Positions 12,571 to 25,971 of a stretch of 64,000 nt of DNA are shown here, piece after piece. Numbering within the stretch: position 1 is the first letter of the stretch; every line of letters starts with the position of its first letter. Source of the DNA: Euprymna scolopes (lineage: Eukaryota); the NCBI GenBank assembly GCA_053919585.1, contig CM132803.1. The stretch is one strand, 5' to 3'. Below the pieces are notes generated by a model. It did not search any database, was not told the origin of the DNA, and was given only the letters and a program-made list of their open reading frames with translations. Made by a program: the position numbers and the translations under genes.

Positions 12571-13564
12571 TAACGTTATTAATAATACACAGAAATACAC
12601 ATGGAATTCGCCTTCACACACGCACACACAGACACACATATATTTGTACAAGTTAGTACAAAGAAGAGACCGGATGTGCTCAGTGTCAATAAAGAATAAA
12701 TTATGACAAATATTACCTTTCGCCATTAGCAATTAAACTCGTTAATTCAGGTAAAGAAAAATGCTAAACGAATACACAGATGTTCAGGGGAAGCAAAAAA
12801 GAAAGAAAAAGCGAACATAAGGAAACGCTAAGTTTTTACTGGAAGTTGGAACACTTCTAAGATATCCGGAAAACAAAGAGTAATTGTAATTTAAAGATGC
12901 CGAAACCTTTTAAGGAACAGAAGTGAAAAAATAGCTGAGATAAAATATTACAAATTGCTTGACATAATCAAATAACATTACTCAATCAGAGATAACTTGT
13001 AGCAGAATAAGTATTCTTAACGCTTATTTGTTACAATGCAAATCACAGAGTATGTGATATTTGAAGATATTTGAACTCTTGTTATGTAAGCGAAACTTAT
13101 AGGTAAATAGGCATAAGAAAAATACACAAAACTCGGCTGATTGATATATTCTAGTGAGATTGGATGTACATATCTTGACATAGATTACGTTTACGCCTTC
13201 GTGGACTCTTAGAAGTAAAATATCTCGACGCCAAGTTAAGATCTAAACTAAATCTCTGTTTCACAGAAATATAAGCGACCATTTTTCCGGTGTAGTCGTT
13301 TAACTGGTAGAAGTTGCCCTCTACAGCTGTGCTTGGCTTCCTAGAATATTGTTGTGAGAAATTTACTTATGTAACGATTCGCTTATTTTTTTATGAGTTT
13401 ACTTCCAACACACGCATTACTCCTTATGTTTGAGGTTTGTTTCTTACATAATTTGAGCTGCAATATGTTTTTATAACTTCGAAATTATATTTGAAATCGA
13501 TCACGAATTTAAATACTTTTGAACAGTAGTTTTCTTTTTTATTTTGTTTATTTTTGTTCTTCAT

Positions 13565-13678
13565 ATCAATTTACTATATTTTATTTATATTTGTAATAAT
13601 GGTAGTATTATAAATGTATTACTGTATTTTATATATATATATATTTGTAATAATGATAGTATTATAAATGTATTACTG

Positions 13679-13716
<38 letters not shown>

Positions 13717-14105
13717 AATAATGTTAATATTATAATTATATTACTATATTTTATATATATATATATTTGTAATAATGATAACATTATAATTATATTACTA
13801 TATTATATATATATATATATATATATTTGTAATAATGTTAATATTATAATTATATTACTATATTTTATATATATATATATTTGTAATAATGATAACATTA
13901 TAATTATATTACTATATTATATATATATATTTGTAATAATGATAATATTATTATAATTATATTACTATATTTTATATATATATTTGTAATAATGATAATA
14001 TTATTATAATTATATTACTATATTTTATATATATATTTGTAATAATGATAATATTATTATAATTATATTACTATATTTTATATATATTTGCAATAATGAT
14101 AATTC
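13565..14105. repeat. AT-rich minisatellite, ~50-65 bp unit with variable (TA)n, ~10 copies
   Basis: ATTTGTAATAATGATAATATTAT(TAT)AATTATATTACTATATTTTATATATAT repeated. Confidence 0.9.
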
Positions 14106-14608
14106 TTCGTGTTGTACAGTTGTATAAAATGTACTAAAGTTATATGTTCCACTGGAATTTGCTTTTTGGAGAATTTTTTTTTTATAATACATGTATTATT
14201 TTCTACACAAAATATATTTATTTTTAGTAATGAATTCACTTTTTGACAGAAGTTATTATTTTCATTTCAAAAACAAATAAATCTGAAAGAAAAACATAAA
14301 TTCACAAATATATAATTTTAAAAGATTTGTACTAGTATATTTTGTGTAATGGATAAGAATCGAGTAGATAATATTAAGCTCAAGAATTAGTCAGAATTAG
14401 TTTGACGTTACGTTCGGGTAAGGTCAGATTTAGGTTTTGCTTAAGGTTAGGGTTTAAAATCGGGTCAGGGTCTACTCGTTTTAATAGAACATTGTAACAT
14501 AATTCCTATGCGATTTCACCCCTGAGAAAAAATATCATGAAGACATACTCCTTGCTCATACACAAATAAACACGCGCGTACACGAGCACAAACACACACA
14601 AACACACA

Positions 14609-14666
<58 letters not shown>

Positions 14667-14667
<1 letters not shown>

Positions 14668-15880
14668 TAGCAAAAGTGGCCGTCGTTGACTGGGTTCAAA
14701 AATAGTCTACAGAAAATTGATTCTGATTTATGAAAGTATGATAGTTTTTTTTTTTTAAATTTTTTATAACATTTTCACCCCAAACAAGGCACATTGCAAC
14801 TTTGGTGTAGGGGGCTACTATCAGGGGAAACATCTACTGGGGTACTATGTAGGGATTTAGGCAGCAAGATGTTGGTTCACGTTGCACTTGAACTTATGCA
14901 TGTCAGTACAGTTGGGGAAGCAGTGACCTGGAATGGAATTCCAAAGTCTAGCGGTTCTGGGGAAGAAACTACTGGAGTAGAAAGATCTATTACATCTACG
15001 GATCTCTACAGTGTGGGGGTGGGATTTTGCAGCTTGTCGGGTCTATCGAGGGCGTTCCCGTCGTGGGGGCACAAGTGCTTGCAGTTCATCAGAGCATTCA
15101 CCATTAAAATACTTGTAGAACAAGCAGAGGGATGTAACTTTTCGACGATAGGACAGAGGCTGAATCTTAGATGCCAGTTTAGGGCCTATCAGATTTGTGA
15201 CTCTCTTTTGAACCCTATCAAGGAGTGAGAGACTAGTAGCCGATGCACCAGCCCAAATATGACAGCAATACTCCATACATGGGCGAATGGTGGCCTTATA
15301 GAGGTGCAGGATACTTTCGGAAAGAGATAGCTTCGAATTTGGGGGTATCAAAACCAAAGCAAAATATGAGGAAAGTAAAAATAAAATAGATAAACCATAT
15401 AATTTATTATACTATACGTGTTCACACTGAAACACTTATCACTATATTCTGTGGATCTATATTAAAAAACGAACACCCCGTAATTTTATTATACCATATT
15501 TCTTCAAACTGAAACATAATTATCAAAGTATATTTACGCAGATAGATATGAAAATTCTTTATTATTCCATGGAGGCCAGGCGCAAACGCAGACCCCACAA
15601 TTTTAGTATACCATCCCTATGTAAGTTAAAACATACTTATCAAGTATTATTATGTACATCTATATCAAAAACACTTGTAAACATTTTTTTTTTAATTTTT
15701 TATTACCATACTTTGTTTACCAGGCGTGTACGAATCATCATTATGCCAGATCAAACCTACTCATTCCTGTGTCTCGATACATCTTCTATCATTATATGTG
15801 ATCAGTTTGCTATAATAGTCAACCATATAGGAGCCTATTCGTGACCAGACACACACAGACGTTCAGTTTTATATTATAGA
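14667..15880 (-). mobile_element. Non-autonomous Helitron family H1 copy 1, interrupted by a LINE
   Basis: Minus 5' TCTATAATATAAAA; 3' hairpin CCAGTCAACGACGG then CTAG within (TA)n; homologous to 19264-20012 and 31285-32040. Confidence 0.85.
14745..15320 (-). mobile_element. 5'-truncated LINE family A inside Helitron H1
   Basis: ESILHLYKATIRPCMEYCCHIWAGAS...LCLFYKYFNGECSDEL..FPRTARLWNS; poly-T tail at 14745. Confidence 0.92.
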
Positions 15881-15882
15881 TA

Positions 15883-16055
15883 TATCAACGATATTTCTCA
15901 TGGTTAAAGTTGGCTGTGTAAGATTTTTCTTTTCTAATAGAGTCAGACATGGCTTCGTGGCCGGGTTCGAATCTCCCGACCGGCGGTAGTTGTTAAATCT
16001 TGCACGTATGTTTCTCGAAAGGATGAAACACCTGTGTTTGTAGGTATTTTTAAAT
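15883..16055 (+). mobile_element. tRNA-headed SINE-like element with degenerate hammerhead (copy 1)
   Basis: Aligns over ~170 bp to the revcomp of 34145-34320; B-box GGGTTCGAATC; downstream CTTGCA-CGTATGT-TTCTCGAAAGGAT-GAAAC-ACCTGTGTT-TGTAGG. Confidence 0.6.
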
Positions 16056-17542
16056 GTATTATGTGAAAGTGATTTTCCTTAGCTGTGGTCAAATGAAACT
16101 TTATGTCAACCCGGGCAANNNNNNNNNNNNNNNNNNNNNNNNNNNNNNNNNNNNNNNNNNNNNNNNNNNNNNNNNNNNNNNNNNNNNNNNNNNNNNNNNN
16201 NNNNNNNNNNNNNNNNNNNNNNNNNNNNNNNNNNNNNNNNNNNNNNNNNNNNNNNNNNNNNNNNNNNNNNNGTATGTGAGTTCTTTCTCTATTGACTTCC
16301 ATACAAGTATATGTTATGTGTCCGGCAGTGCCCTTACATAGGTATTGGATATATTGGTAAATATCGAAGATACTTAGTCGAAGAAATTTGATTAATGAAT
16401 AGAAAATAACATTTTAGCCAACGCTAACAGTTTTATAAAACCTAACATCAAAAGTGTATTAGAAAAGTTGTGTACCCTCACAAACAGTAATACCCATTTT
16501 AAAAACAAACAGTTTACTCCTTGCTAAGGCATGAACGTGGTCAAAATGAATGTTTCTGTGTAGAGCACACTCCATACATTAAAGCAGATTTGAAATATAC
16601 AGAAAACCTATTTGTATAATAAGAATTGTTACATAACATTCATTTCTAAAATTAATATAATCAAATGTTTAAAGTTATGAGAAAGATTTATTAGTAGAAA
16701 TAAAAATATATAGTTTAATATGTCTGGTTCTCATAAAATATATAAAGTTATTTTGATTTAAAATATCCATCGTAATTAATTTGATCAGCAGTTGTAAAAC
16801 TATAACCTAAATTTGCCCTTATCGTTGTATAAAATGAGATACCCTGGGAATCGATACGTCAGGCACAACCTTATACCATGTCGTAAACAAATTTCATTGG
16901 ATAGCAATAAAAGACGAACAATAAAACTTGTTCACATTATTAATGTTTTCTTTCTTTACTCATTTAATTGCCTTTTTACTTAAAGAGATCCGCCGCTACA
17001 TTTATTGCAAGCGATATCATTTTTCTTACATTCTGAAAAATAATCCGTACTCATTTAATATACAGACAAAAACAAACAACGTGTTTTCACATACTATCTA
17101 TATTTTAAAAGATCGAGTCTTACTCTTATTCCTTAATAAACTGTCCATTTTATACAATTTTCTTTGTCATCTGTTTTAATGTTTATGAGAGGGTGTCACC
17201 GCCAGAGAACACTACTCGCCATCGTTTTATCGGTTAAGACAGTTCGTGAAAAAATAGTGTTGGTGAAACAGATAAACTTGATAATCTTTTTACTTTTTTA
17301 TAACTGATACTAATTTACGTTAAATATTTTCTGTAAGCATTCTTTGTTGTTATACATGAAAAACAGAATTTGTTAACAAAACACGTTCAGCAAAAAAAAA
17401 AAAAAAATTAAACTGCCTCAAATTCGGAAGAGTAACCCAAAAGCACAGAATGTTCTGTTGATTTATATATGCTCAGAGTAAAGGGCCGTATTCAATAAAT
17501 TACTTACAGGTAATATGCAGCCGCCAATGAAATTGTAATAAA

Positions 17543-17575
17543 CTAGCAAAACCCGTGGAAATCTCACGGGAGTTG
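17543..17575 (-). mobile_element. Helitron 3' terminus (hairpin + CTAG)
   Basis: CTAGCAAAACCCGTGGAAATCTCACGGG: hairpin CCCGTG/CACGGG next to CTAG. Confidence 0.5.
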
Positions 17576-19216
17576 AAATTTTTTTTACATACATAAAAAT
17601 TTAAATAAATAAATAAACAAGTGATGCCGAATTTAAAAGATTTTTTTGCAAATCAGTTTTGAATCTTTTATTGATAAAAATCAAACACACAACACATTCT
17701 TTTTTTTACTTTTTTCTGTATATTTTTTTAATAAAATATATTATAAATTCCAGGATATTTTTTAATAAAATTCATGATAAATCATAAATGAACAGTTCCT
17801 CATTCATTTAGAAATGTAAAACAGGTATCCATTGTGTCGAAAAATAATTAAATATATTGTGTCAGAGTTAGGAGAATGAATGTGTTGCAAAAAAAAAAAC
17901 ACAATCAGATCGTGTTGGACAAATGTATATGTAAAGCCATGTAGGAAAACATTCACGTGGGTGAAGCACGTGTTTATGTTACAATGAGAGATAACGTTCA
18001 ATATATTCAGGGATAGGAGTTCGAAAGTTAGTTCAGGGTGGAGAGACAGCAGTGGAGTAAGCTGAAACCAGTGAAGGAAACAAAAGATGTAACTCTCAAA
18101 GGTACTAGATCATCAATCATCCAGCTGGAAGGAAAAGCATCATCATGTATTTTGTAAACCTTTGTCTTCGTCCGTCGTCTTTAAATCTGAAAGATAATGT
18201 GATTTTGTCCATCGTCTTTATAAAAGAACTATATATGAAAAACGTTCTCCAAATTGTAACTGAGTTTACCTCCGTCAAAATTGTAAACTGTTTACCCCCA
18301 CAATCATAAATAATGAAAATATTTTTCTCCATGTTTAAAAGTACTGTATTACACGTCACTCTTCTCACCTATATCAGGTTACTATTGATAATATGAACGA
18401 ATAAGAATTGTCATCATAGTCGTCGTGGCTTGACACGTTGTTATCTAAATGTCTCATCTTTCGTATTAATGCCCTCCATACTATGTTACATTGGCTCTAG
18501 CATTTTAAAATGAAATTTGAGCCATTATATCAAATGATCTGCAAAATTAATAGTAGGTGATATATAGCCCATTATACACTAGTATGTATTCTGGGCGAAG
18601 TCATTACGGTGCGCCGCTGTAGTCCCCGAGTAGAACTGGCAATCGAATAATTTGATTGAAATAAATGCGATTCCACCGTACCGTATGGCATNNNNNNNNN
18701 NNNNNNNNNNNNNNNNNNNNNNNNNNNNNNNNNNNNNNNNNNNNNNNNNNNNNNNNNNNNNNNNNNNNNNNNNNNNNNNNNNNNNNNNNNNNNNNNNNNN
18801 NNNNNNNNNNNNNNNNNNNNNNNNNNNNNNNNNNNNNNNNNNNNNNNNNNNNNNNNNNNNNNNNNNNNNNNNNNNNNNNNNNNNNNNNNNNNNNNNNNNA
18901 AAACACTTATGACGTGAAATGGTTAAATTTCATATCAAAAGATTGTTATTATTCTATGTATGAAAATAGAACTCGACACATCTTTTTGAAGTGTTGGATT
19001 CAAGATATGTTGATTTCTATTTTCCTGTGGAAATAATTTGAGCACCTGAAAGCCAGTGGCTTTTAATTTCACATGCGATAAATAAATAATAAACTATATT
19101 CATAATAAACGAGGACATCGCATTCTACAAAGAGGCAACATTACGCTATGTCACGCATGTTTCGTGGTCGAAACTATTTTCTCTGGTTCAAAAATATTAA
19201 CACATACACCTCCCCC

Positions 19217-19263
<47 letters not shown>

Positions 19264-19264
<1 letters not shown>

Positions 19265-20008
19265 TAGAAAATGCACCCGTCGTTGACTATGTTCAAAAAC
19301 AGCCTACAGAAAATGGACTCTGATTTATGAAAGTATGATAGGTTATGAAAAGGAAGGTTGTAAAGAGATAGCTTTGAATTTGGGGGTATCAAAATCAAAG
19401 CATAATATGATGAAAGTAAAAATAAAATAGATTAACCCCATGATTTATTATACCATACCTGTTCAATCTAACACACTTATCACAATATTCTGTGGATCTA
19501 TATTAAAAAAACCTTGTTAAACTTTGTGACATATTTCCATTCTATGTAGGCCAGGCGCGAACGAAAACTCCATGATTGTATTGTACAATATTTCTTCAAA
19601 CTGAAACATAATTATGAAAGTATACTTACGCAGATAGATATGAAAAGTCTTTATCAAATTGTGGGCCTATTTCCATTCTATGGAGGCCAGGCGCTAACGC
19701 AGACCCCCACAACTTTATTATACCATCCCTATTGAAGTTAAAACATACTTATCAAATTATTATTATGTAAATCTATATCAAATACACATGTAAAATTTTT
19801 TTTTAATTTTTTAATTTTTTATTTCCATACTTTGTTGGCCAGGCGCGTACGCGGACCCAACCATTTTAATGAATCGTCATAATGCCAGATCAAACATACC
19901 CATCCGTGTGTCTCGATACGTCTTCTATCATTTTATGTGATCAATTTGCTAAAATAGTCAACCATATAGGAGCCTATTCGTGACCAGGCACACATACATA
20001 CATTCAAC

Positions 20009-20012
<4 letters not shown>
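19264..20012 (-). mobile_element. Non-autonomous Helitron family H1 copy 2
   Basis: CTAG plus hairpin CCCGTCGTTGAC; flanked by (TA)n on both sides; internal ~130-bp subrepeats; homologous to the other H1 copies. Confidence 0.88.
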
Positions 20013-20057
<45 letters not shown>

Positions 20058-20119
20058 TATTTATATATATATATATATAATGTGTTATTAGTATTTGAAT
20101 AATTTACGAGGAATGTGAG

Positions 20120-21670
20120 GCCGCTTTTGGGATGTAAGGATTATACGTAGTATTATACAGGTGTGGCAATTGTTTTATGTTTTATCTTTTGGAGTACTCT
20201 GAGCTTTCTGCAGTGCTCTTTTGAGAATGTTCACAAAGCATTCTGCTTGCCCATTAGATTTTGGGTAATATTGAGGATGGTCATATGTGTAATTTGGAAC
20301 GTTTCATAAAACGTTAAAACTCTGTAGGCGTGAACTGGGTTGATCGTGACGTAGTCTACTACATCGAAACGGGCAAACAGTAGAGAATTTATTGATTGTA
20401 GTCTGTCTTTCGCACCTTGATATCTGAAGCCACATGTAGCAATTTATTACGGTTTAGTAATTGTGATCATGGAGTAAACCTGCAAGGTCGATATGGCATG
20501 CAGACCACATATTGTCAGTTTTCAGCTTGGGTTTTAAGTTAATAGATGGTGCTTTTGCAGCGAGAGCGCAACCTGTACAAGAGTCTATCACCTCCATGAT
20601 GTCTTTGTCTGAGTTACACCAGTAAACGTTACTACTCATTAAGCTCTTTATTCGGTTTTTCTCAGAGTGCCCTGAGTGAAAATTCCGTAAAGTCCGTTTC
20701 GGGAGATATGATGGCATTACAACTCTTTCGCCATGTAGTAAGACTTCGGCGCAAAACAAGAATACTTCATGAATATTGTCGCTCTTCATTGCGATCTTGC
20801 TTTTTATGCCGTAGTTAAAGTCGTCCTAATTTGCTCCTCTTTGAATTTTAGGTACTGGAAGCTCTTTTAATTATGTTGCCTATCATTGTTTTTATTTCGA
20901 AGAGTAGCAAATATTGAATCCTCAAAACGTGGCCTTTCTCAATAAGCATCAATCTAGATAGGCAGAAAACATGACATATTTGTTTGATTACAAGTACTTC
21001 AGTGTAAAATTATAATTCAGTAAGAATTTACTACATCTCAGTAGTTAATTGGCAGTATATATCGGTAAGATTAGTTTAAAATTGAAGACCATAAGCAAAG
21101 TCTTATAATCAGTTAACAACGTGAATATATGCCATGTAAGTATCTATGAAATTTTGTTACAGCGAATATGACAGCTAGTACTTTTTTTCAATCTGCAGGT
21201 ACTGTATTTCGGCTGGTAGTAGAGATCTGGATGCATGTGGAATCTTTTTTTTTTGTATCGCATGGAATTATATGAAGTATACACGCTCCAACATAATATA
21301 CGAATCACGAGCTGCTATCATTTTCCGGTTTTGATCATGATGTGTAAATGATCCGCTGTTTAAGTTCCTTTTATTTCCCCAAACCTTGTTTAACATTCAG
21401 GTGTCCAATCACAGGTTCTTTCTTTCTAAAATAATTCGGTTAAGGGGCGCGCAAGTCATGCATGTTTTTACTGAAGACTTTGTCGTAGTAACAAGTCCCG
21501 GAAAGCTTTGCAATGTTTGCACATTATCGGGTGGGGGCAGACATTTTTTCATGGTTACTTCCCTCTCAGGGTCGGGGGAGGGTGTCTAACACTTTTAATC
21601 AATTATGTGACCTAGGTATTTTATCCCTTTCATGAGGAATTCACACTATGCTTTTTCATTTTGAAACGCA
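20120..21670 (-). mobile_element. Gypsy/Ty3 LTR retrotransposon pol remnant (RT end, RNase H, integrase)
   Basis: IKYLGHIID, PAPDNVQTLQSF, HASRSLLPAEIQYLQIEK, AVIFAVTKFHRYL, integrase zinc finger HSGH...VYW...CTGC, W..CHIDLAG, YYPKSNGQAECFV; no LTRs seen. Confidence 0.9.
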
Positions 21671-21699
21671 GTTTGTTTGTTTTTTTTTTCTTTTTTCTT

Positions 21700-21935
21700 T
21701 ATTTTTCTTCCTTGCCATGTTTTAAAGTTGGAGAAAGAAAAGTCTGGTTGTAAAAAGACGCACGTTGTATCCAAGCGGTTGTATTTTGAAATGTTGGAAT
21801 TGTGCGAATAATATCAAGGGTGTGTCTACGCAGAATTGCAACATTTCAAACTACAACGGCTGAGATACAACGCGCGACTATTTACAAACATGCTTTTATT
21901 TCTCCAGCTTTACACCATGGCAAAAAAGAAGAAAA
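21700..21935. repeat. Imperfect long foldback (~100-bp arms)
   Basis: TTGCCATG...AAATGTTGGAATT pairs with AATTGCAACATTT...CATGGCAA around a ~25-30 nt loop. Confidence 0.8.
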
Positions 21936-21982
21936 GGGGAAAAAGATAGAAAACAACATACTGAGGATGGAGCATAGCTCCG

Positions 21983-22053
<71 letters not shown>

Positions 22054-22160
22054 AATAAATGTTTAGAGGTACAGAATTTATATATAGTTTTAAAAAAAAA
22101 GCGGGAGAAAAAATTCAAAGTTCCCCAAAGAGAAACAATGCGTTTGATGTTTCTTTTTGC

Positions 22161-22319
22161 CGGCAGAAAGAAGGTTGACGCACCGCAATAGAGACGGCCT
22201 CCAAAAATCTTTAAATGGTTTTTGGAGTCCGCTGAGGTGCTACATAGAGCGGACTCCAAAAACCATTTAAAGATTTTGGAGGCCGTCTCTATTGCGGTGC
22301 GTCAACCTTCTTTGTGCCG
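22161..22319. repeat. Near-perfect palindrome, 73-bp arms, 14-nt loop
   Basis: CGGCAGAAAGAAGGTTGACG...GGAGTCCGCT / AGCGGACTCC...CGTCAACCTTCTTTGTGCCG; one mismatch, one indel. Confidence 0.95.
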
Positions 22320-22534
22320 CTTTTTTTTCTCCCTCGTTGTGACAATATTTTAATCGTTTTTAAACGTGAATAAATGTTATTAGTGTCCCCGTACTTTTGG
22401 CTCATTTAATAAGTTCCCCATTAGAATTCTTTATTTTTCGACACAATATTATTTAGGTTGCTATCGATTTTCTCCCGACGAGAGGATAGCCGAAAGAGCT
22501 CTCGAGAAACTTCCGCCTATTATTTTTTTAAGAC

Positions 22535-22578
<44 letters not shown>

Positions 22579-25220
22579 AAATTTCATACAAGTAAAATAC
22601 TTATTTATTTTCCTACTTTTACGCTGTGATTCGGCTTTCGTGTCACAATAGTGTTTGACACGATCATTACGAATTGGCAGTTCTGATATCTAACGTTAGC
22701 ATTGTATAGTCACTCACTACTCTAATTTCCGCTTTCACTCAGATACTTTGTTCGCACACTGCATTTTGAAAACCCTTGTCAAAAACTTTTTTAAACCCCC
22801 GTTATTTCTTATTATTAAGTAACGTATCGATACGCGGAAATTCGATATGTTGCCCTTATTCTCTCATAAAAGTACGGATTATCTACTAAAACATTTGTCG
22901 CTATTTAAATCCCCAATCAATATATCCGAGGACTCTGAGAACTCTAAATATTTAGTGAGCCTTTATCTTTTTTTAGCGCAGCGATAATTAAAGCTGTTGC
23001 GCTTTATTCCATGAAGACCTTTGGTTTTAGGGGCATTTTCCTTTACGTCACGTATCTTACATGGCACCAGGCAGTTTTTCTTTTTATTCATATTATAATT
23101 ACAACAATTTAAGTTTTTTTTTATGCTCGTATTCGGTATTTATCTGAATCAAAATAAACAAAACATAGACACGATGAAAAAACATTTCAATAAAACAAAA
23201 TCATTTTTTAGTCGTTCAGCTTAGTTCATACTTACCTATAAAATTCCCTCTTTGTATTTATTATATTTAAATGTCCCTTCTCAAAATAGCAGGATGAATT
23301 GCCAATTATAAGTTTAGCACAAGACATAGCCGTGTTTGTTTTCTTCTGGTAGCTACTAAATGCATAAGAATTTTTTTTATTCCAGCTTGTCACTCTTGTA
23401 GTATTCATCAAGTACGTCGTTGTAATAAAGCTGACAATTATAGTTAAGAGAAGTGCATATTTGGGAAACGACCTTCCTATTGCCCATGCCTCACCTACCT
23501 ATAGATTTAGTCAGTTCAAGGTGAAGGTCAAACGCATTTCTTTCCTTATGTTAATATCAAATACTTCAATATTTTATATAGAGTGTAATGCATATTCGGA
23601 CAAGTTTTTGTTTTCTTTTGTACATTTTAAAACGTAATTTTTTTTAGCTAAGTTTCGGATAGCACTTAAACAATAAAAATCATAAATTACAAAACTACGT
23701 ATAAGTCAACATAGTTTATTCCAACTTTCTATCTAAATCAAAATGTGCTACTTAAAATGACTATCAAGCATTATCCCTTCTAATAATGCGTACCCGACCC
23801 CTATCAATGAACTGTTGTCTGACATTAAAATCAAAATAAACGGTAAACTACGGTATACTTGGGCAACAAAAATATGACTGAGAGGACCCGAGAAAAATAC
23901 AAAAGTGAGGAGACAACAAAAAGAGTGAACAAGTGACTCACCTATTTGTGCAATATCCCTTTCTCCAAGTTACCCAATATTGCTTTGTTTGTGACTAATT
24001 GATACTCCTTTGCGAATGCCTTTTTCACTCGTGGTAAAGGTTTTTTTTTCATTTCTTTCTTAATTTTGTAGCCTTTTTTTGGTAAAAGAGATCGTCACTC
24101 GAAACCAAAATAAATATAAATGTTAGGTAGCTGTTACAATTTAACCGTGTAATTACATTTCAACCATTTGTACCCGAAATTTGTCTACCAACAACACATT
24201 TCTTTATATTTCGAAAGGCTTTTCGAACACATGGGTTTTACAAGGCCCTGCCAGATATGATGTGTTCTTTTTAAAAGTCTCTTTCCCCGTCACTTCACGT
24301 TGGCTATAGACAGCGCTTTCTCTGACTCGTTTAGCGACGCCCATCTTCCCTGGCCGCAATTTTCTTCTTTTGCTCACGTGGTATATGTTTCTTCCCTTTT
24401 TTGTCAGTCACGCTCGCGCACACTTGATAATTTGTATATGGCTGGAACTGCTGCTGCTAATAATATCGCAAGTCAGATATCCTACTGCTGTTAATGATTT
24501 ACGTCGCTTCGTTACAAATAGAGTGCACCGCTTTACTATACAAACACGCGCGCAGCTATATATACGTGCATGCGTGTCTAGGTCCTGCACATAAATATCA
24601 TGTTATATTTCTATCAGGGAGACCTTACGTTGCCAGGGATATAATGAGAATCAATAAATGGTCCACATTTGGAACACTTTTATTATCATGGAAATTGGTG
24701 AAATCGCTTATTTCTCATTCAAAACGATTGCTTGGCTATTCAAGTTGACTGTTTTAAGATCTAAAATAATTGGAACCGTGTTGTTCATTTTTGATAAAGT
24801 TTTGCAAGGGCACATGCTAAATCCTATGCTTCAAATAGCAGAGTTAATCCTATTTGTCATAAGAATAATATATAGCGACATGGGAATAATAATTGCTATG
24901 ATTCATTGCATACAAACCTTAGTGTTTAACGAACAGCAAACCAGCTGTGTTTTTGTTACATTAAATAGTCTATTTATGCCCGAATATTTTATTGATTCAT
25001 ATTTTTTTAATAGCAAGTTGGATATTTATATATTTCTGTGTATTTTATTATTCAAACCAATTTACTAAATTAATGCTGTAAATATCTAAAGAAGTACCCA
25101 TTGCTCTAACTACATTTTATCAAACAATGCTTCACTATAAATGTGTTAAATTCGCGTAATGCCTTAGCTTGTATGAATATTAATTAAATTGTTTTTGTTT
25201 GCGTTAATATATTCGAGAAA

Positions 25221-25490
25221 ATATATGGCATAATAATGTTGGCACACCGGTTCCCGTTATATCACCGAGGTTAAGCAACGTTGAGCCTGGTAATTACATA
25301 AATATAGGACCAATTTTGGAATTCCAGGTACTGTAGGTAGGAGGATGTCGTCACTTTCCTGCAATAGTTAAAAAACCCCTAACGTCGTTATCTGCCCTAA
25401 CGGGGATATACATGCGACCGGAGATCGCTTGGGAATACTACCATAGAATTTATTCCTTGGGAGAAAGCAGGTTAAAAACAAAAAAAAAAG
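25221..25490 (+). mobile_element. 5S rRNA-derived head plus unrelated body and A tail (SINE3-like)
   Basis: 25221-25338 CACCGGTTCCCGT..ATCACCGAGGTTAAGCAACGTTGAGCCTGG...GGAATTCCAGGTACTGTAGGT aligns to 5S rRNA; ~140-bp body, then AAAAACAAAAAAAAAA. Confidence 0.75.
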
Positions 25491-25501
25491 GTTTAGTGGC
25501 A

Positions 25502-25539
<38 letters not shown>

Positions 25540-25971
25540 GAGGAGAAAAATATGTTTCTTCAGATTACTGCTTGCATAGTAAAAATCCTGAAAATAAGAG
25601 GACGATGACATTAATTAAATGTTCTGATTGCTTTTGTTGTAATGACAAGCAAGTAATCAAATTCAAAATAGCTGGGATGTGTTTTATCATGGTGGATTAA
25701 ACGTTACACTAATGAAGACATGCCCGTAATGCGACCTATTTTCTTTTCTTTTAATTACATTTTTTTTCAAATTTTACTATCAAAAATATTAAGGAACAAT
25801 CCCTTCTAATAGTCATATTCATCTGTTCCATTGTTTGAGTTCAGATAATTGGTATACTCAGGTATTAAAAACAAATAAGAATACATGAACAATATTATCT
25901 TTCAGCACAGAAAACAGGATTACTTTGGATTTAAAAGCGAACTGCTAATTCTTTATTTACTATTAAATCTT

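Noticed and set aside
18117-18368. Possible mariner N-terminal remnant
   Set aside because: Similarity too weak; no TIRs or catalytic motifs
24658-25068. 136-aa hydrophobic ORF as a membrane protein
   Set aside because: AT-rich composition explains the I/L/F bias; no motif or splice support
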